64,000 bases of DNA from positions 3,980 to 67,979 of the IMG/VR virus record IMGVR_UViG_3300020050_010026, one strand, 5' to 3'. Of the stretch, positions 1 to 12,700 are shown one piece after another. The position numbers were made by a program, and so were the translations under genes. Origin of the DNA: a virus. Position 1 is the first letter of the stretch. Each line of letters begins with the position of its first letter. The notes beneath the pieces are model-generated. The model did not search any database, was not told where the DNA came from, and saw only the letters and a program-made list of their open reading frames with translations.

Positions 1-2
1 GA

Positions 3-158
3 TTAGGTGATTTTACAAATATAACATCTGGTTCATCTACAGGTTATGGAACAAATACTCCTCAAATAGAATTATTAAAATTAATTATGGAAAAAGGTGG
101 TGAGCAAGGTAAAAAAATTGCAAGTTCTGCACTTAATAGAATACAAGCAAATAGATAA
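3..158 (+). CDS. C-terminal fragment of an upstream structural/virion gene (partial at window edge)
   Basis: Open frame running from the window edge to a TAA at 156-158 (…GGEQGKKIASSALNRIQANR*). Immediately followed by the ATG of the giant ORF at 161. Confidence 0.4.
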   Translation, partial: LGDFTNITSGSSTGYGTNTPQIELLKLIMEKGGEQGKKIASSALNRIQANR

Positions 159-160
159 TT

Positions 161-3100
161 ATGGAAGAAGAAGAAATAATTAATCCTAAACAAAAAAAGA
201 CAGTAGCTGCTTCTTATGATAATTCTTTTGATAATATTAAAAATATTACACCTGAACAAGCTCGTAAAAATGTTAAAAACATTGAAAAAACAGAAGGTTC
301 AGGAATTATTTTAGAATCGTTTAATACTTCTGGAAATAAAGATTATTTAAAAGGTTGGGAAAATCCTCACACTATTTATGGTGGAACTGGAGATATAAAT
401 TCAAACGATCCTTTTAGTGAAATACGTGCAATAAATCAAGGAAATTTAAACAAATTAGGAAACTTACCACTTAGAGTTAATACTAAAATTTTAGCAGAAG
501 TTGCTAAAATACCTGGATATGTTGGAGGATTAGCTGGAGGTTTATATGGAGAAACCTCAGATGCTATAACAGGTAAAAATGAATATTCTTTTACAGAACA
601 AGCTTTTAATAATTCATGGATTAAAGGAATAAGTCAAATAAATGAAAATGTAAATCAAGATTTATTACCTATATATGTAAAAAAATCTGTAAAAGATGGA
701 AATTTATGGGATAATGTTAGTTCTATAGATTTTTGGGCAACAGAAGGTGCTGACGGTATTGGTTTTATGGCTTCAATGTTAGTACCTGGTGCAATATTAA
801 AGTCGTTAGGTTTAGGTGCTAAATTAGCTCGAACATCTGAAGTAATAGCGTCAATTGGAAGTAAAGGAACTAAATTTCAAAAATTAATGTCAGGTGCTCA
901 AAAAGCGGCTAAATTAGGTTTAAATACTGAAAATTTTGATATGATAGGAGCAACTGTGGCTAATACTTATTTAGAAGCAGCAGCTGAAGCTGGAATGGCA
1001 ATAGATTCTTTTGAAAAAGAAAATAAAAATGAATTTATAGATAATGCACTTGCTTCTGGTAAAACAATAGAACAAGCTGAACAAGAATTTAATACACAAA
1101 AAGCAATTCTTGGTAAAAATATGTTTGTATCTAACGTTGCTTTATTAATAATTCCTAACGGAATTCAATCTGCAATGATGTTTGGTAAGGGAGCTAGTAA
1201 ATTTATGGCTAAATATGGAACTAAAGAGTTTTTAAAAAATAGTGGTAAAAGAACAGTAGGTTCAACATTATCTGAAGGTTTTATAGAAGAAGCTCCACAA
1301 ACTACTGTTGAAACTTATTTTAAAGAAAAAGCTAAAAAAAATAATTTAAAAGGAGATGGTTTATTTAGTTTTGATGATTTTGACCCTAAAGGATTAAAAG
1401 AAGCATATTTAGATACAATATCTTCAGTTGATGGACAAAAAGCAATATTTTTAGGTGGTGTTTTAGGTTCTTCAATGTCAGTATATCAAGGTAGAAAAGA
1501 AGATATTTATAATAAAAAAGAAAGTGATAAAGCTACATCTTTAACTGAAAGATACGAACAAACATTACACGCATTGACTGACACTAAAGGAAATGTTTCA
1601 TATGATTATCACAACAATCCTATTGTTAGTAATAAAGAAATAATTGCAAAATTTAGAACAATTGACGCATTAAGTGATAGATTTGATGAATATGATAAAG
1701 CTTTAGAATCTGGTGATGAAGAAACATTAGAAAAAGTAAGAAATAAAACTATTCAAGATGTAGTATTACCTTTTGTAAAACAAGGAGAATTAGGAATAGA
1801 AGCTTTAACTAACTATTATGATAAAATGTTAGAATCTGAAGATGTTTTAAATTCTGAAGATTATGAAACAATAAAAGAAAGAAAAGAAGAAGTTATTAAA
1901 ACTGCAGAAAGTGTTTCTAAAAAATATGATTTCTATACAAATTTTATAAATAAAAGATTTAATATTCCAATTAAAGCTAAAAATAAAGAAGAACAAAAAA
2001 CTTTAGATTTATTAAAAGCTCAATACTTTGATAAATTAAGTAGTTCTTATGCTTTAGCTGAAATGGAAAAAGAACAAGTTCAAAATAAATTAAAAAATGT
2101 AGATAAAGAACTAGAACAATTAAATAAAATTCATGGTTTAAATGAAGTAACTACAAATGAATTAATTAATGAATATGTTCATAATACAGACACAACAGAA
2201 TCTTTTACAAATAAAAAGAAAGATAATTTTGCTTCTAAAAACGAAGAATATAAAAAACTTTTAGATTATAAAAATAGATTACAAGATAAATTAAAAGAAA
2301 CTAATCTTGAAATATCTGAAAATTATTTTGATAATAAAAAAATAAATAATGATTTTTTATTAAAAGAAGAAGATAATATTGAAAATACATCTGAAATAGA
2401 AACAGATGAAGTTTTAGATGATGAAACGCCACCAGATGAATTAATGGCTACTTTTAGTAGCTCTAATCCAACTTCTGTAGTAACATCCCCAGTTGAAGCT
2501 TCTACAACAACTACACCTATTACAACTACTTCAGAGCCTTCAACAACAACAAGTCAGCCAGTTGCTAAGAAAAAGAAAGTTAAAAAAGTTGAAGATCCTA
2601 GAATTAAAGAATTAAATAAAAAAATATTTTTATTAGAAAATTTAAATAAAAAAGTAATATTAAACGGTAATATTAAAGGAACACTAATAAAAATAAATGA
2701 TGAAAGATATGAGTTACATGACGATAATTTTATTCATGAAATAAATATTAATGATATTAATTCTTTTAAATCAGATACTTTAGATTCTAAATATAATATT
2801 ACTAATATTACAGAAGACTCTGTAACTGTTAATGGTATAGATTATATTATCAATACTGATAGTAAAGGAAATATAGTTTCTTTATCACCTGTTAATAAAC
2901 CATCTCAGGAAATTAAAAATGAAAAATTAATTACTGCTGTTGAAATTAAAAGAAATCAGTTAGCATATAAAGAAGAAGTTGAAAACATTGAAGAAATTAT
3001 TGAAAAATTAGAAAATAATTATCCTAATCTTAATGCTATTTTAGATACTATTTGGGAAACAAATATGACAAATACTGTAGCTGAAGCTTTAGATAATTTA

Positions 3101-6100
3101 TACGAAGATAAGACTTTAACAAAATCTGAAGAATTACAATTATCATTATGGTTAATAGATGCTTTTAAAAGAGTAACCAGATTGTATAATGAAAAAAATA
3201 CAAAAGAAGAAACCGAAACTTTAAATCAGGCTTATAGTAATTTAGAAATAATAGAATCTTTATTATATAATTTAAAAATAAATAAAAATGAAACAGTCCA
3301 AAAAGAAAGAAGTGATTCAAAAAATGAAATTACTATCTCTTCCGAAAAAACTAAAACAAAAACTTCAGAAGTAAATAATCAAGAACTTGAACAATTAAAA
3401 AAAGAAAAAGAAGATTTACTACAACAGATAAAAGAAGAAAGTCTTGTATTTAAGATGCCTGAAATAACTGAAGAAGAAAAAATAGATTCTGTACTACAAA
3501 CTAGCGAAGTTGCTGAAGTAGAAAAAGGAGTTCAAAATCTTATAAATGAAAGTTTAGATGATGAAGGTAATCCAACAATAAGCCAAGAAGAATTCAATGC
3601 TTATATGGAACAACAAGATATTCCAGAAGAAGTAAAAGATGCTGTTGTACTTTTAAATGAAGAACAACTTAATACATTACCTACACAAGAAGTAATAGAT
3701 AATAAAGTAGAACTTATTAAAACTGAACTTGAAGGTGTTGATGAAAAAGATATAACTGAAGACGATTCTATTCATAAAGAAGAAGATGAAGATGTAGCTA
3801 ATTCATTTACAAATAGTAAAGAAGTTATTGAACCTGAACCTGAAAATAATTCATTAGGTCATAAAATTCAGAATAAAATTACAGAAGCTTTAGAGAAAAT
3901 TTATAAAATATTTGAAAAAACTCCAAGAGATAAAAGAGATGATAAAGTTACTTTTAGTTTAGGTGATTTCATTAATAACGATACAGTTAAAGATATTTGG
4001 GATAATTTTTTAAAAACTGGTAAAATTGATAAATCAGGTATTAAATGGTTAGAAGAATATTTACCAATAAAAGTTACCTTAACTAACGGAAAAGTAGAAG
4101 GTTCATCATTTTTAAAATCTAAAAAAGGCTCTCCTAATTTTGAAAGTTATGAATTACCTTTAAGAAAAGCGATTGTAAAAGCTTTAATTGAAAATAAAGG
4201 TGATTTTACTAAATTTGAAGGTTCGGTCCAAGGGCAAGGTAAAGGTAAGTTAAATTTAGATAATGCGAGTACACAAAATAATGTATTAGATATTAGTGTA
4301 CTTAAAGGAATGAAAAAACCTGAATTATTAAAATATCTTAAAGAAAATACTTATATTGTAAATCACGATAAACAATTAGTTCATGCTGAAACAGGACAAA
4401 AATCTATAGAAAGTTTTTTTAATGTTATAAAATCTTTTCATAGTGGAGATGTATTTTTAGTATTTACTAGACCTAATGGACAGAAAGTTCCTATTAAATT
4501 AAATAATAAAAGAATTACTCAAGAAAAGGCTGAAGCAACTGTTAAATTATTAGCTTTACTTTCTAATACAATTAAAACAAATCAATCAGATATTGTTTTA
4601 AATGATAAAGATTTCAAAAACTTTTTAAAAGATAATGTTGGAGAATTTTACTATAATCAATTAGAATTTGAAATAAATTTTTCTAAAAAAAATAATAATA
4701 AAACAAGATTAGAAGAAATAATTAATTATATTACCTATATTCAAAATAATAATAATATTAGTAAATTATTTATAGACAATAATGGAGATTTAACAATAGG
4801 TAGATTAATTCAAAAAGTTAATGAAGATTTACAAGTTGAAAATAATGATTATGATAAAAACCTAACAGCGATTGGTTTTAGAGGTTTTGAAGGTCAAAAT
4901 ATAGAATCTTTAATTAGTAATGAATTAGATGAAAACGCACAAGCTAGATTTAATCATTTGGTTAGATTTATTATGTACAAAAAAACTAATATTATTGCTG
5001 ATAAATTTACTGATGATAATTATATAGAACATGTTTTTGGTATTGGTGAAAATAAACAAAGTCTAGTTAGCACTAATGTTTCAGTAGATAAAGATATATT
5101 TGGAGGTTATAGTGATATATTTCTTAACAATGAAGTTACTACTTTAGAAGATGGTAAAGCTAAAGCTAAAGAATTAAAAGAAATTGAAAACACTGAAATA
5201 CCTTTAGCTAAAGAAGTTGTTTATAATGAACCTACATCTACTACTCAATCTGAAATAGAAGTTCAAAAAGCTGATATACTACAAAAAAAGAAAGAAAGGT
5301 TAGCAAACGTTAAACCTATGTATCATCATACAAATGTTGATACTAAAGACTTTAACTTTAATAATTTTCAAAGAGGGAATAAACAAGTTAGTCAATTTGG
5401 TGATGGTTTAAACGCATCATCAAATACCACTTCATTTCTAGTTAGTAGATATGGTAAACCAATACAAGGTGAAGTCAATGATGCTGATTTTGTTAAAATA
5501 GATGCTTCAAAAACTGAAAAAGAAGTATATGAAGAATTAAAAAAACAAGGTTATATATTTTCTGAGGTTCATGATACTAATGATGTTTTATCTGAAGTAC
5601 CTGGAGCAGCTATGGAGTTATTTACAGATTTTCAAAAGTCTAATCCAAATGTAAAAGGTGTTCGAGTAAGTAATCATATTATAGGTAATACTAAAGTTGC
5701 ACCATTTTATGTAATATATGATGCTAAATCATTTTATGGTCAAGGAGCTTTAAGTAAAAAAATTGAACAAGAAAGTAATGCAGAATTAGCTGCTTTAGAA
5801 AGTAAACCTAAAATTAATTTAGAAGATAAAAAAGCTGATATAGAAAGAAGAAGACAAGAAGAATTAAATGAAGAAAGTTATAGAATACCTATAGCAAAAG
5901 AAAGCAAAACATTTGTTGATGAAAATGGTACTAATTTAAAAATAACCATAACAACTTTTAAAAACGGTTCAAAAGTTTCACAAACAACTAATTTGGATAA
6001 TGGAGTTGTAACACCTAAGGAGTCTTATCCAAAAGAATTAGATAATGCTAAAATATATAACGCTGAGTCAGGAACTGAAATTAAGTTAGATGATACTAGA

Positions 6101-6760
6101 ATTGCAAAAAAAGAAGCATTATCTGATAGTAGAATAAGTGATAAAATCAATGCTAAATATGATGCAGAATTAGCTGCTTTAGAAGGAACTACATCAAATA
6201 TTGTATCTGCGTCTTTTACAGGACAGGGAACCACTCTTGAAATAGAAATCAAAGGAGAAAAGAAAGATTTTTTACTTACTTGGAATAGAAACAATACTAA
6301 TCCTACATTATGGGGAAATAAAAAAGAAGACGGTAGTTATACTACTACAGACGCATTTCCTTCTAAAGAAGATATTCAAAAATTAGTTGATAAATATGTT
6401 CCTATTAAATTATTAAATTTAATTAATGAATGGGTAGAAGCTTCTAAATTACCATCCGAACAAGTATTAGACACTCAAAGTAAAATAGAAAATAAAATTA
6501 ATGCAGAACTAAAAGCATTAGAAGAAACAGAAAATAATTCAGAAAATAATAGGATTATTGAAAATAATTTCGTATCTTTGTCTAAGATGGATAATATAAC
6601 AAATATTAGAGATAAAAATAAAATGATAGAGTTTGCTAAAGAGAATTTAGACTTTATTCCAAAATCATTAAAAACTTCAGAGAATTTTCAACAATTAAAA
6701 CAAGAATATCCTAATTCTGAAGCTTTAAATAAACAAGTAGATAAAATATGTGGTTTATAA
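161..6760 (+). CDS. Giant virion/ejected 'cargo' protein (2199 aa); function unknown
   Basis: Uninterrupted 6.6-kb ORF with phage-like codon usage and a coiled-coil K/E-rich central region. Ser/Thr-rich linker (PTSVVTSPVEASTTTTPITTTSEPSTTTSQPVAKKKK) at about nt 2460-2580. First of three contiguous giant ORFs, as in crAss-like phages. Confidence 0.7.
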   Translation: MEEEEIINPKQKKTVAASYDNSFDNIKNITPEQARKNVKNIEKTEGSGIILESFNTSGNKDYLKGWENPHTIYGGTGDINSNDPFSEIRAINQGNLNKLGNLPLRVNTKILAEVAKIPGYVGGLAGGLYGETSDAITGKNEYSFTEQAFNNSWIKGISQINENVNQDLLPIYVKKSVKDGNLWDNVSSIDFWATEGADGIGFMASMLVPGAILKSLGLGAKLARTSEVIASIGSKGTKFQKLMSGAQKAAKLGLNTENFDMIGATVANTYLEAAAEAGMAIDSFEKENKNEFIDNALASGKTIEQAEQEFNTQKAILGKNMFVSNVALLIIPNGIQSAMMFGKGASKFMAKYGTKEFLKNSGKRTVGSTLSEGFIEEAPQTTVETYFKEKAKKNNLKGDGLFSFDDFDPKGLKEAYLDTISSVDGQKAIFLGGVLGSSMSVYQGRKEDIYNKKESDKATSLTERYEQTLHALTDTKGNVSYDYHNNPIVSNKEIIAKFRTIDALSDRFDEYDKALESGDEETLEKVRNKTIQDVVLPFVKQGELGIEALTNYYDKMLESEDVLNSEDYETIKERKEEVIKTAESVSKKYDFYTNFINKRFNIPIKAKNKEEQKTLDLLKAQYFDKLSSSYALAEMEKEQVQNKLKNVDKELEQLNKIHGLNEVTTNELINEYVHNTDTTESFTNKKKDNFASKNEEYKKLLDYKNRLQDKLKETNLEISENYFDNKKINNDFLLKEEDNIENTSEIETDEVLDDETPPDELMATFSSSNPTSVVTSPVEASTTTTPITTTSEPSTTTSQPVAKKKKVKKVEDPRIKELNKKIFLLENLNKKVILNGNIKGTLIKINDERYELHDDNFIHEININDINSFKSDTLDSKYNITNITEDSVTVNGIDYIINTDSKGNIVSLSPVNKPSQEIKNEKLITAVEIKRNQLAYKEEVENIEEIIEKLENNYPNLNAILDTIWETNMTNTVAEALDNLYEDKTLTKSEELQLSLWLIDAFKRVTRLYNEKNTKEETETLNQAYSNLEIIESLLYNLKINKNETVQKERSDSKNEITISSEKTKTKTSEVNNQELEQLKKEKEDLLQQIKEESLVFKMPEITEEEKIDSVLQTSEVAEVEKGVQNLINESLDDEGNPTISQEEFNAYMEQQDIPEEVKDAVVLLNEEQLNTLPTQEVIDNKVELIKTELEGVDEKDITEDDSIHKEEDEDVANSFTNSKEVIEPEPENNSLGHKIQNKITEALEKIYKIFEKTPRDKRDDKVTFSLGDFINNDTVKDIWDNFLKTGKIDKSGIKWLEEYLPIKVTLTNGKVEGSSFLKSKKGSPNFESYELPLRKAIVKALIENKGDFTKFEGSVQGQGKGKLNLDNASTQNNVLDISVLKGMKKPELLKYLKENTYIVNHDKQLVHAETGQKSIESFFNVIKSFHSGDVFLVFTRPNGQKVPIKLNNKRITQEKAEATVKLLALLSNTIKTNQSDIVLNDKDFKNFLKDNVGEFYYNQLEFEINFSKKNNNKTRLEEIINYITYIQNNNNISKLFIDNNGDLTIGRLIQKVNEDLQVENNDYDKNLTAIGFRGFEGQNIESLISNELDENAQARFNHLVRFIMYKKTNIIADKFTDDNYIEHVFGIGENKQSLVSTNVSVDKDIFGGYSDIFLNNEVTTLEDGKAKAKELKEIENTEIPLAKEVVYNEPTSTTQSEIEVQKADILQKKKERLANVKPMYHHTNVDTKDFNFNNFQRGNKQVSQFGDGLNASSNTTSFLVSRYGKPIQGEVNDADFVKIDASKTEKEVYEELKKQGYIFSEVHDTNDVLSEVPGAAMELFTDFQKSNPNVKGVRVSNHIIGNTKVAPFYVIYDAKSFYGQGALSKKIEQESNAELAALESKPKINLEDKKADIERRRQEELNEESYRIPIAKESKTFVDENGTNLKITITTFKNGSKVSQTTNLDNGVVTPKESYPKELDNAKIYNAESGTEIKLDDTRIAKKEALSDSRISDKINAKYDAELAALEGTTSNIVSASFTGQGTTLEIEIKGEKKDFLLTWNRNNTNPTLWGNKKEDGSYTTTDAFPSKEDIQKLVDKYVPIKLLNLINEWVEASKLPSEQVLDTQSKIENKINAELKALEETENNSENNRIIENNFVSLSKMDNITNIRDKNKMIEFAKENLDFIPKSLKTSENFQQLKQEYPNSEALNKQVDKICGL

Positions 6761-6777
6761 AAAATAAATATTAAAAT

Positions 6778-9700
6778 ATGGGATGTACAAAAATTAGTAA
6801 AACTAATAAAGGTGAATCTAATTTATTTAATACTATATATAATGGAGTAGCTAATGGTAATGAACAATTAGCTACTCACTATTATAATTGGTTTGAAAGT
6901 AAAAGATTTGATGAATTATTTGGTTTTAATTATATTAATGCTTATAAAAAAGGTATTCAAAATGAAAGACTTGATGAAAATGGAGAACCTAAATTATTAT
7001 ATGATAAGGAAACAAGTAAATATTATTTCTTAGATAAAAATAATTTAAAATCTTATTTTCCATCATCTTCTAAGGGATTATCTAAAACATGGTCTGGTCA
7101 ACAAATTAAAAATGTAACATCAAGACTTGTTTCTTCATATTTTAAAAGATATTCTAATATCGATTTTAACAATATTGATTTTTCAACATTAACTAATTTA
7201 CCTAATTTAGATAAATTTATTAAACATGAAATTGATAAAAAAATTGCAAAGTTAAACGAAATTGTTGATAATGGTACTGAAGATGAAGCTGATGTTGCTT
7301 TAGCTAAATTAGGTTACTTAGAAGATGCTTCTAAAAACTTAAACGAACTTAAAGAATTAGTTGTTAAAAAGTTTAAAGATATTGGTGCTGATTATAGTGA
7401 AGATGAAGATAATGATGATTTTAGTGAAGATGTAAAAGAAACAAGTAGGGAAGGTGTTGTTGGTAAAGCTTCAATAGAACGTTCTAGTAGATCTAAAGTT
7501 ACAGCTAATGTTAAATTAAGATTAAGTTTATTAGATGATTTAGAAAATAAAGATGAACTTTGGGATGATTTTACTTTACTTGAATTTGATAAAGTTTATA
7601 AAAAACTTCAAGAGTTATTATCTAATAAAATTCCTTTAGAAGGAGAATTTTTATATGATAATTTTGTTAAAATAATAAATGAAAATGTTAAATATTTTCC
7701 TTATTTGAAACAACTAAATCAAATGTTAGCCGATAATAAAGATGAGAATTTTCCATATGAATTTACTCAAGCTTTTTATAAAGCTAAAAATACATTTGTA
7801 AATGAGGAATATAAAAAAAATGAAAAAGGTTATACTCAAGAAACAAGAGATTTATCAAATAGGACAGATAAAAAAGTAATTATTAAAGATAAACTTATTC
7901 AAGGATTTACTAATAAATTTATTGTAAAAGACTCAAATGGTAATTTAATTCTTTTTGACCATACTAAACAAGTACTGATAGATAGTATAAAAAGTCTAAA
8001 AGAAATGTTTAACCGTTCTGCAACATTATCTAATAAAGATAAAGTAGATGTAAAAAAAATAGAAGATTTTAAAACTTTTACTTTAAATACATTAAAGAAA
8101 CTAGGTTTAAATATTTCTGATAAAGGATTTAATCATTATATTGGTTATCCTATAGATATAAAATTAGAAAATTTAACTGAAGAAGAAAGAATTAAAATAT
8201 TTAATAATATTTATAATTTAGTTGCTAAATTAAGTAATTATGCTTTTAAAGAAGTAACTACTGATGTAAATAAAATATTTAATTCTACTAATGAATTTAA
8301 TAAATTAATTGATTCTGAAGTATTTGTTTCTGATAATGATATGTCGGAAGATATGGTTCGAATTGGTGGTGAAAAAAGATATGTGTTTAGTAATCCTTCA
8401 CATCTTCATATGGAATTAGAAAGATGGAAACAAGATCCTTCTATTTTATTAAAAGAATATTATAATGATCCTTATATGGAAGGATCCAGACTTGTTACTG
8501 AATGGTTTGAGTTAGATACAAATCAAGACAAATCTTTTGAAGAACTTGTAGAAATAGGTAGAAAAAATCTTAAAAATGTAAAACTTGGTATATTTGGTGA
8601 AATGACATTAGGTGGAGTTAAGAATAAATTTGAAAAAACAACAGATTTAGAATTTAAAGATTATTTTACAAACAATATAAATTCAGTATTAAACAATCAA
8701 GGTTTTGTAAGAACAATTACTCAAGCAGATAAATCTACAGAATTTGTCTTTAAAACACTTGTTAATAGAATTAAAGGTTATTTAGGATATAATACAACTT
8801 TAAATGAATTTGAAATAACTGACGAAGTTAAAAAAACTTATTTTAATTATTATTTATCTGAATTAAAAAGTGCATTACGAGCAGATCAAGTTGTTAACGA
8901 AGCAATTAAAAATAATGACGATACTAAATTAACTCCTCATTATCATTATCAGTATGAAGTTAAAAATGATAAAGGTGAAACAATTATAAATCAAAATCGT
9001 TTTGATAAATCTGGAAACGACTTTAAATCTCAATATTTTGATAAGCTAAATCAATATACAGAACAAGAATTAAGACTTTTAAAAGCAGATAAATTACCAA
9101 AATCTAAAATAAAATCTAAATTAGAAGAAGAAATTGTAAATATTGTATATAATAAAGACGGTTCTTTAAAAATAAAAGATTTAAGTACATTCACTTTAAA
9201 TGATTTAGAATTAGAAAGTAAATTTGGAGAATATCTTCAACAAATGATTACTTCTGAGGCTAGAGAAACACTTAAAGAAATGAAAAATCTTGGTATTATA
9301 GAAGTTAAAAATGGAAAATATTCAAATAAACTTTTAGATACTAATTTAGTAGAAGAAAATACAAGTGGTACTGGTGAAATTGGTATGAGTAATGCAATAA
9401 ATAAAATTGCAATAAATTACATGATTAATGGTATTTCTAACAGTATAGAATTTACCAAATTATTTACAGGGAATATTGCTTACTATAAAAATTCTGTGGA
9501 TTTTAAGAAAAGAGTACCTGCTACTCAATTAGAAGGAATCCCTCTGATACTAAAAAAAGGTGAAGAAGCTTTTAATATTGCTACAATTGAAGCAGTAATA
9601 CAAGATAGTCCATTTTTAGAAGCTTTAAAGAAAGATAATGATGAAAATGGTGTAGATGCTCACACAATTAAAATGTTGTCAGATATTAATAGTACAGATG

Positions 9701-12700
9701 CTCAAGCATGGTGTACTCCTGAAAGATGGAAGTTTTTAATAAAAAGAACTGGTAAATGGTCTAAAGCTCACGATGAAGTTTACAGAAAAATGCAATCTGA
9801 TAAAAATGAAAAGTGGTCTAAAGAGGAATTAAAACTAGCAGCTCAACCTTTAAAAGGAGGTTATTTTTATAAAATAAATGGTAAACCTACTTATTTAAAA
9901 TACTCTCTAGCAGTATTATCTAAAGCAATGATAAAAGGTACTGATTTAGAAAGAGTTTTTAATAAAATGGTTGAAAATAAAATAGATGAATTAATTACTT
10001 TTGATGGTGTTAAAGTTGGTTCAATAACTCCAACTAAAATACATGATGAAAATGGTAAAGTTTTACCTGATGAACAATTAACTTTTAATGTTCAAACTTT
10101 AAATAATCATGGTTGGAAACTTCAACAAGATTTACCTGTTAAAAATTTTAAAAATGCAGATGTTGGTTCTCAACTTCAAAAGAATATATCAGCAGGACTT
10201 AAATTTTTATTAAAAAATTCTAATTATACTTTTAGAGGTAAAAAAATAACAGGTGAAGAATTACAAAATGAACTTGTAAAAACGGTTGGTAATTTAAGTG
10301 ATGAGGGTTATAAGAGATTAATTAATAAAGCAGGTATTGATAAAGATGGTAAAATTACTAACACTAGAAAATTTTATAAATCATTAATTACTGAATTAAA
10401 ATCCAGAGGTGGTTCTGAAAATTTAATAAATGCTTTAGAATCAGAAACTTCACTATTTGGAATACCTCAAGCAACAGGTAAAATATTTCAAATATTTGCA
10501 AGTATGATTAATAAAGCGGTTATTAAAATTCAAACTAATGGTGGTTCATTTATTCAAATGGCTGATTTTGGATTATCTTTAGATGCTGTTACAAAAGGTA
10601 ATAGTGGTATAAGATTAAATCCAAATGTAGATGGTTTAAAACCACCAATGATTAGGACTAATGAAGATGGTAGTAGAACAGTTACTCCTGGTAGTGTATT
10701 TGTACCAGCATCATTCATAGCTAAATATATTCCAAATTGGACAGAATATTCTGATTATGAATTGTTTGTAAGTTATAATGGTGGTCATCCTATTATAGAC
10801 CACAGAATACAAGAAAATATTATTGGTTATAGAATACCTAATCAAGGTTTACCTTCAAATGATGCTTTAACAATTGCAGGAATACTTCCTGAAGCTGCTG
10901 GAGATACAATTGTAGCTTATGTCGGTATTACTTCTAAAACCGGTAGTGACTACGATATTGATAAAATGTATGTGATGTTTCCTCAATATGAAAAAGTTAT
11001 TGATAAAACAACAGAAGAAGCTGTTTTTGAACAAATTGAAAAGAACTTTAGAGGTATTAATAATGAAGAAACATTAAGTAATTATAAAAACTTTTTAGAT
11101 AAATTTGAAGAATTAGATAATGAAGTATTATCTGGTAATTTTATTTCAGATTATAAAAATATTGAAAATAAAGAAGAAAAAACTTTATTTTTAAGAAATG
11201 TAAGAAAAGAGTTAATAAAACAAATTGTTAATAATATAGATTCTAAACAAGTTAAAAATATATTTAAAGAATTGGAATTTAAAACAATCGGTTTAAAATA
11301 TTCTACAAAAGGTTTTGCTGGTGAACAAAATAAACTTATTGAAATATATAAATCAGTATTGACTAATCCTGAAGTATATAGTGATATAATGAAATCTATT
11401 GATAATGATTTTATTAAAAAAGAAATTAACGATTTAAAACCAGATAATTCAGATGCGTTTATGAATGCGATGAATCCTAGAGAAGATGTTAAATTAAGAT
11501 ATTCATTATTAGGAGCTAAAGCAGGTGTTGGTATGGAAGCTAATGCTATGACAGATATTTGGAGAACTGGTAAATTAATAATTACAAATTTAGCTAATTT
11601 TACTTGGGGTAATTATGATAAAACAACTAAAGAAACAGAATTAGATAAAGAATATTCTGAAGAATTATCAGAAGAAGATTTAAATTACTATGTTTCTGAA
11701 ATGATTAAAGAAGATGCACCTAAAGAAAGAGTTGAAGAATTTAAAAATTCAATTAAAAAAATTAAAATTGGTGAAACGTTAGGTACGATTCTTAATGCAT
11801 TTGTGGATATTGCCAAAGATCCTTATATTTCAAAAGGTAACTGGACTACTTCAACAACTAATGTTGGTAATTTAATGATTAGAATGGGTGTTCATCCATT
11901 ATATGTTATTAATTTCTTAGGTAATCCTATTATTGAAGAATATAATCAATTTCAACAAAATAATGAAGGATTATTTGATAATAATTCAGGAGATATATTT
12001 AATAAATTTAAAGAACATATTATTGAAAAATCTTTAGGAGATATAAATTCTAAATTTATTTTAGTTTATAAAACTTATTTTAATACTTTAAATAAAGATA
12101 CTTTTGAAAAAATTAAAGAAGAAGTATTAAACCTAGAAAATGGTAATAATTTAACAGAACAAGAGTTTGATTTATTTATAAAAGAATCAGAACGTTTAGT
12201 TGATGAGGTTTATAAACCACAATCTTTAAATTTATTTGATAGAACAACCGAACAATATAATAGAAATAAACTAAATTTAAAATACTTTAGAAACTCTATT
12301 AAAAATAAAGATAGTGTCGATTTAAATTTTAGAATTACATTATTAAATGAATTTAGAAATATTCAAAGTTCAAGTAAGTTTTTAAAATCAATTGTAGATT
12401 TTGGCAAATTAGATGTTAATGGTATAGGTAAAGATCCAAATATGATATTTCAATATGAAGATTTACTAACAGAAATTTTAGAAAATGCTGAAAAAACTGT
12501 TGATGAAAACGGTAAACCTATTAAAGGTGTTATAAAAGGTTTTGAATCTAAATTAGATAATACAATTCTTTCTAAATATTATAATAATCTTTTAAAAGTT
12601 AAAACTATTTTAGAACAAAATCCTTCAATGTTTCCAATGTCTATTGAAAATGTAAGAGGACTTATTAAAACAATGGTTAATGATATAACTAAATCTTATT

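Noticed and set aside
62-259. Antisense ORFs overlapping real genes or structured regions: 62-259, 6025-6294, 17217-17465, 23461-23682, 24449-24655, 24748-25086, 29320-29508, 35846-36085, 38298-38528, 41847-42215, 44017-44223, 47065-47274, 47543-47770, 49623-49826, 50419-50712, 54663-54875, 59472-59663, 61960-62160, 62646-62846, 63361-63543, 63803-63991
   Set aside because: Each lies opposite a longer ORF with a clear motif or product. Their proteins are low-complexity, I/L/F-rich translations of AT-rich antisense sequence.
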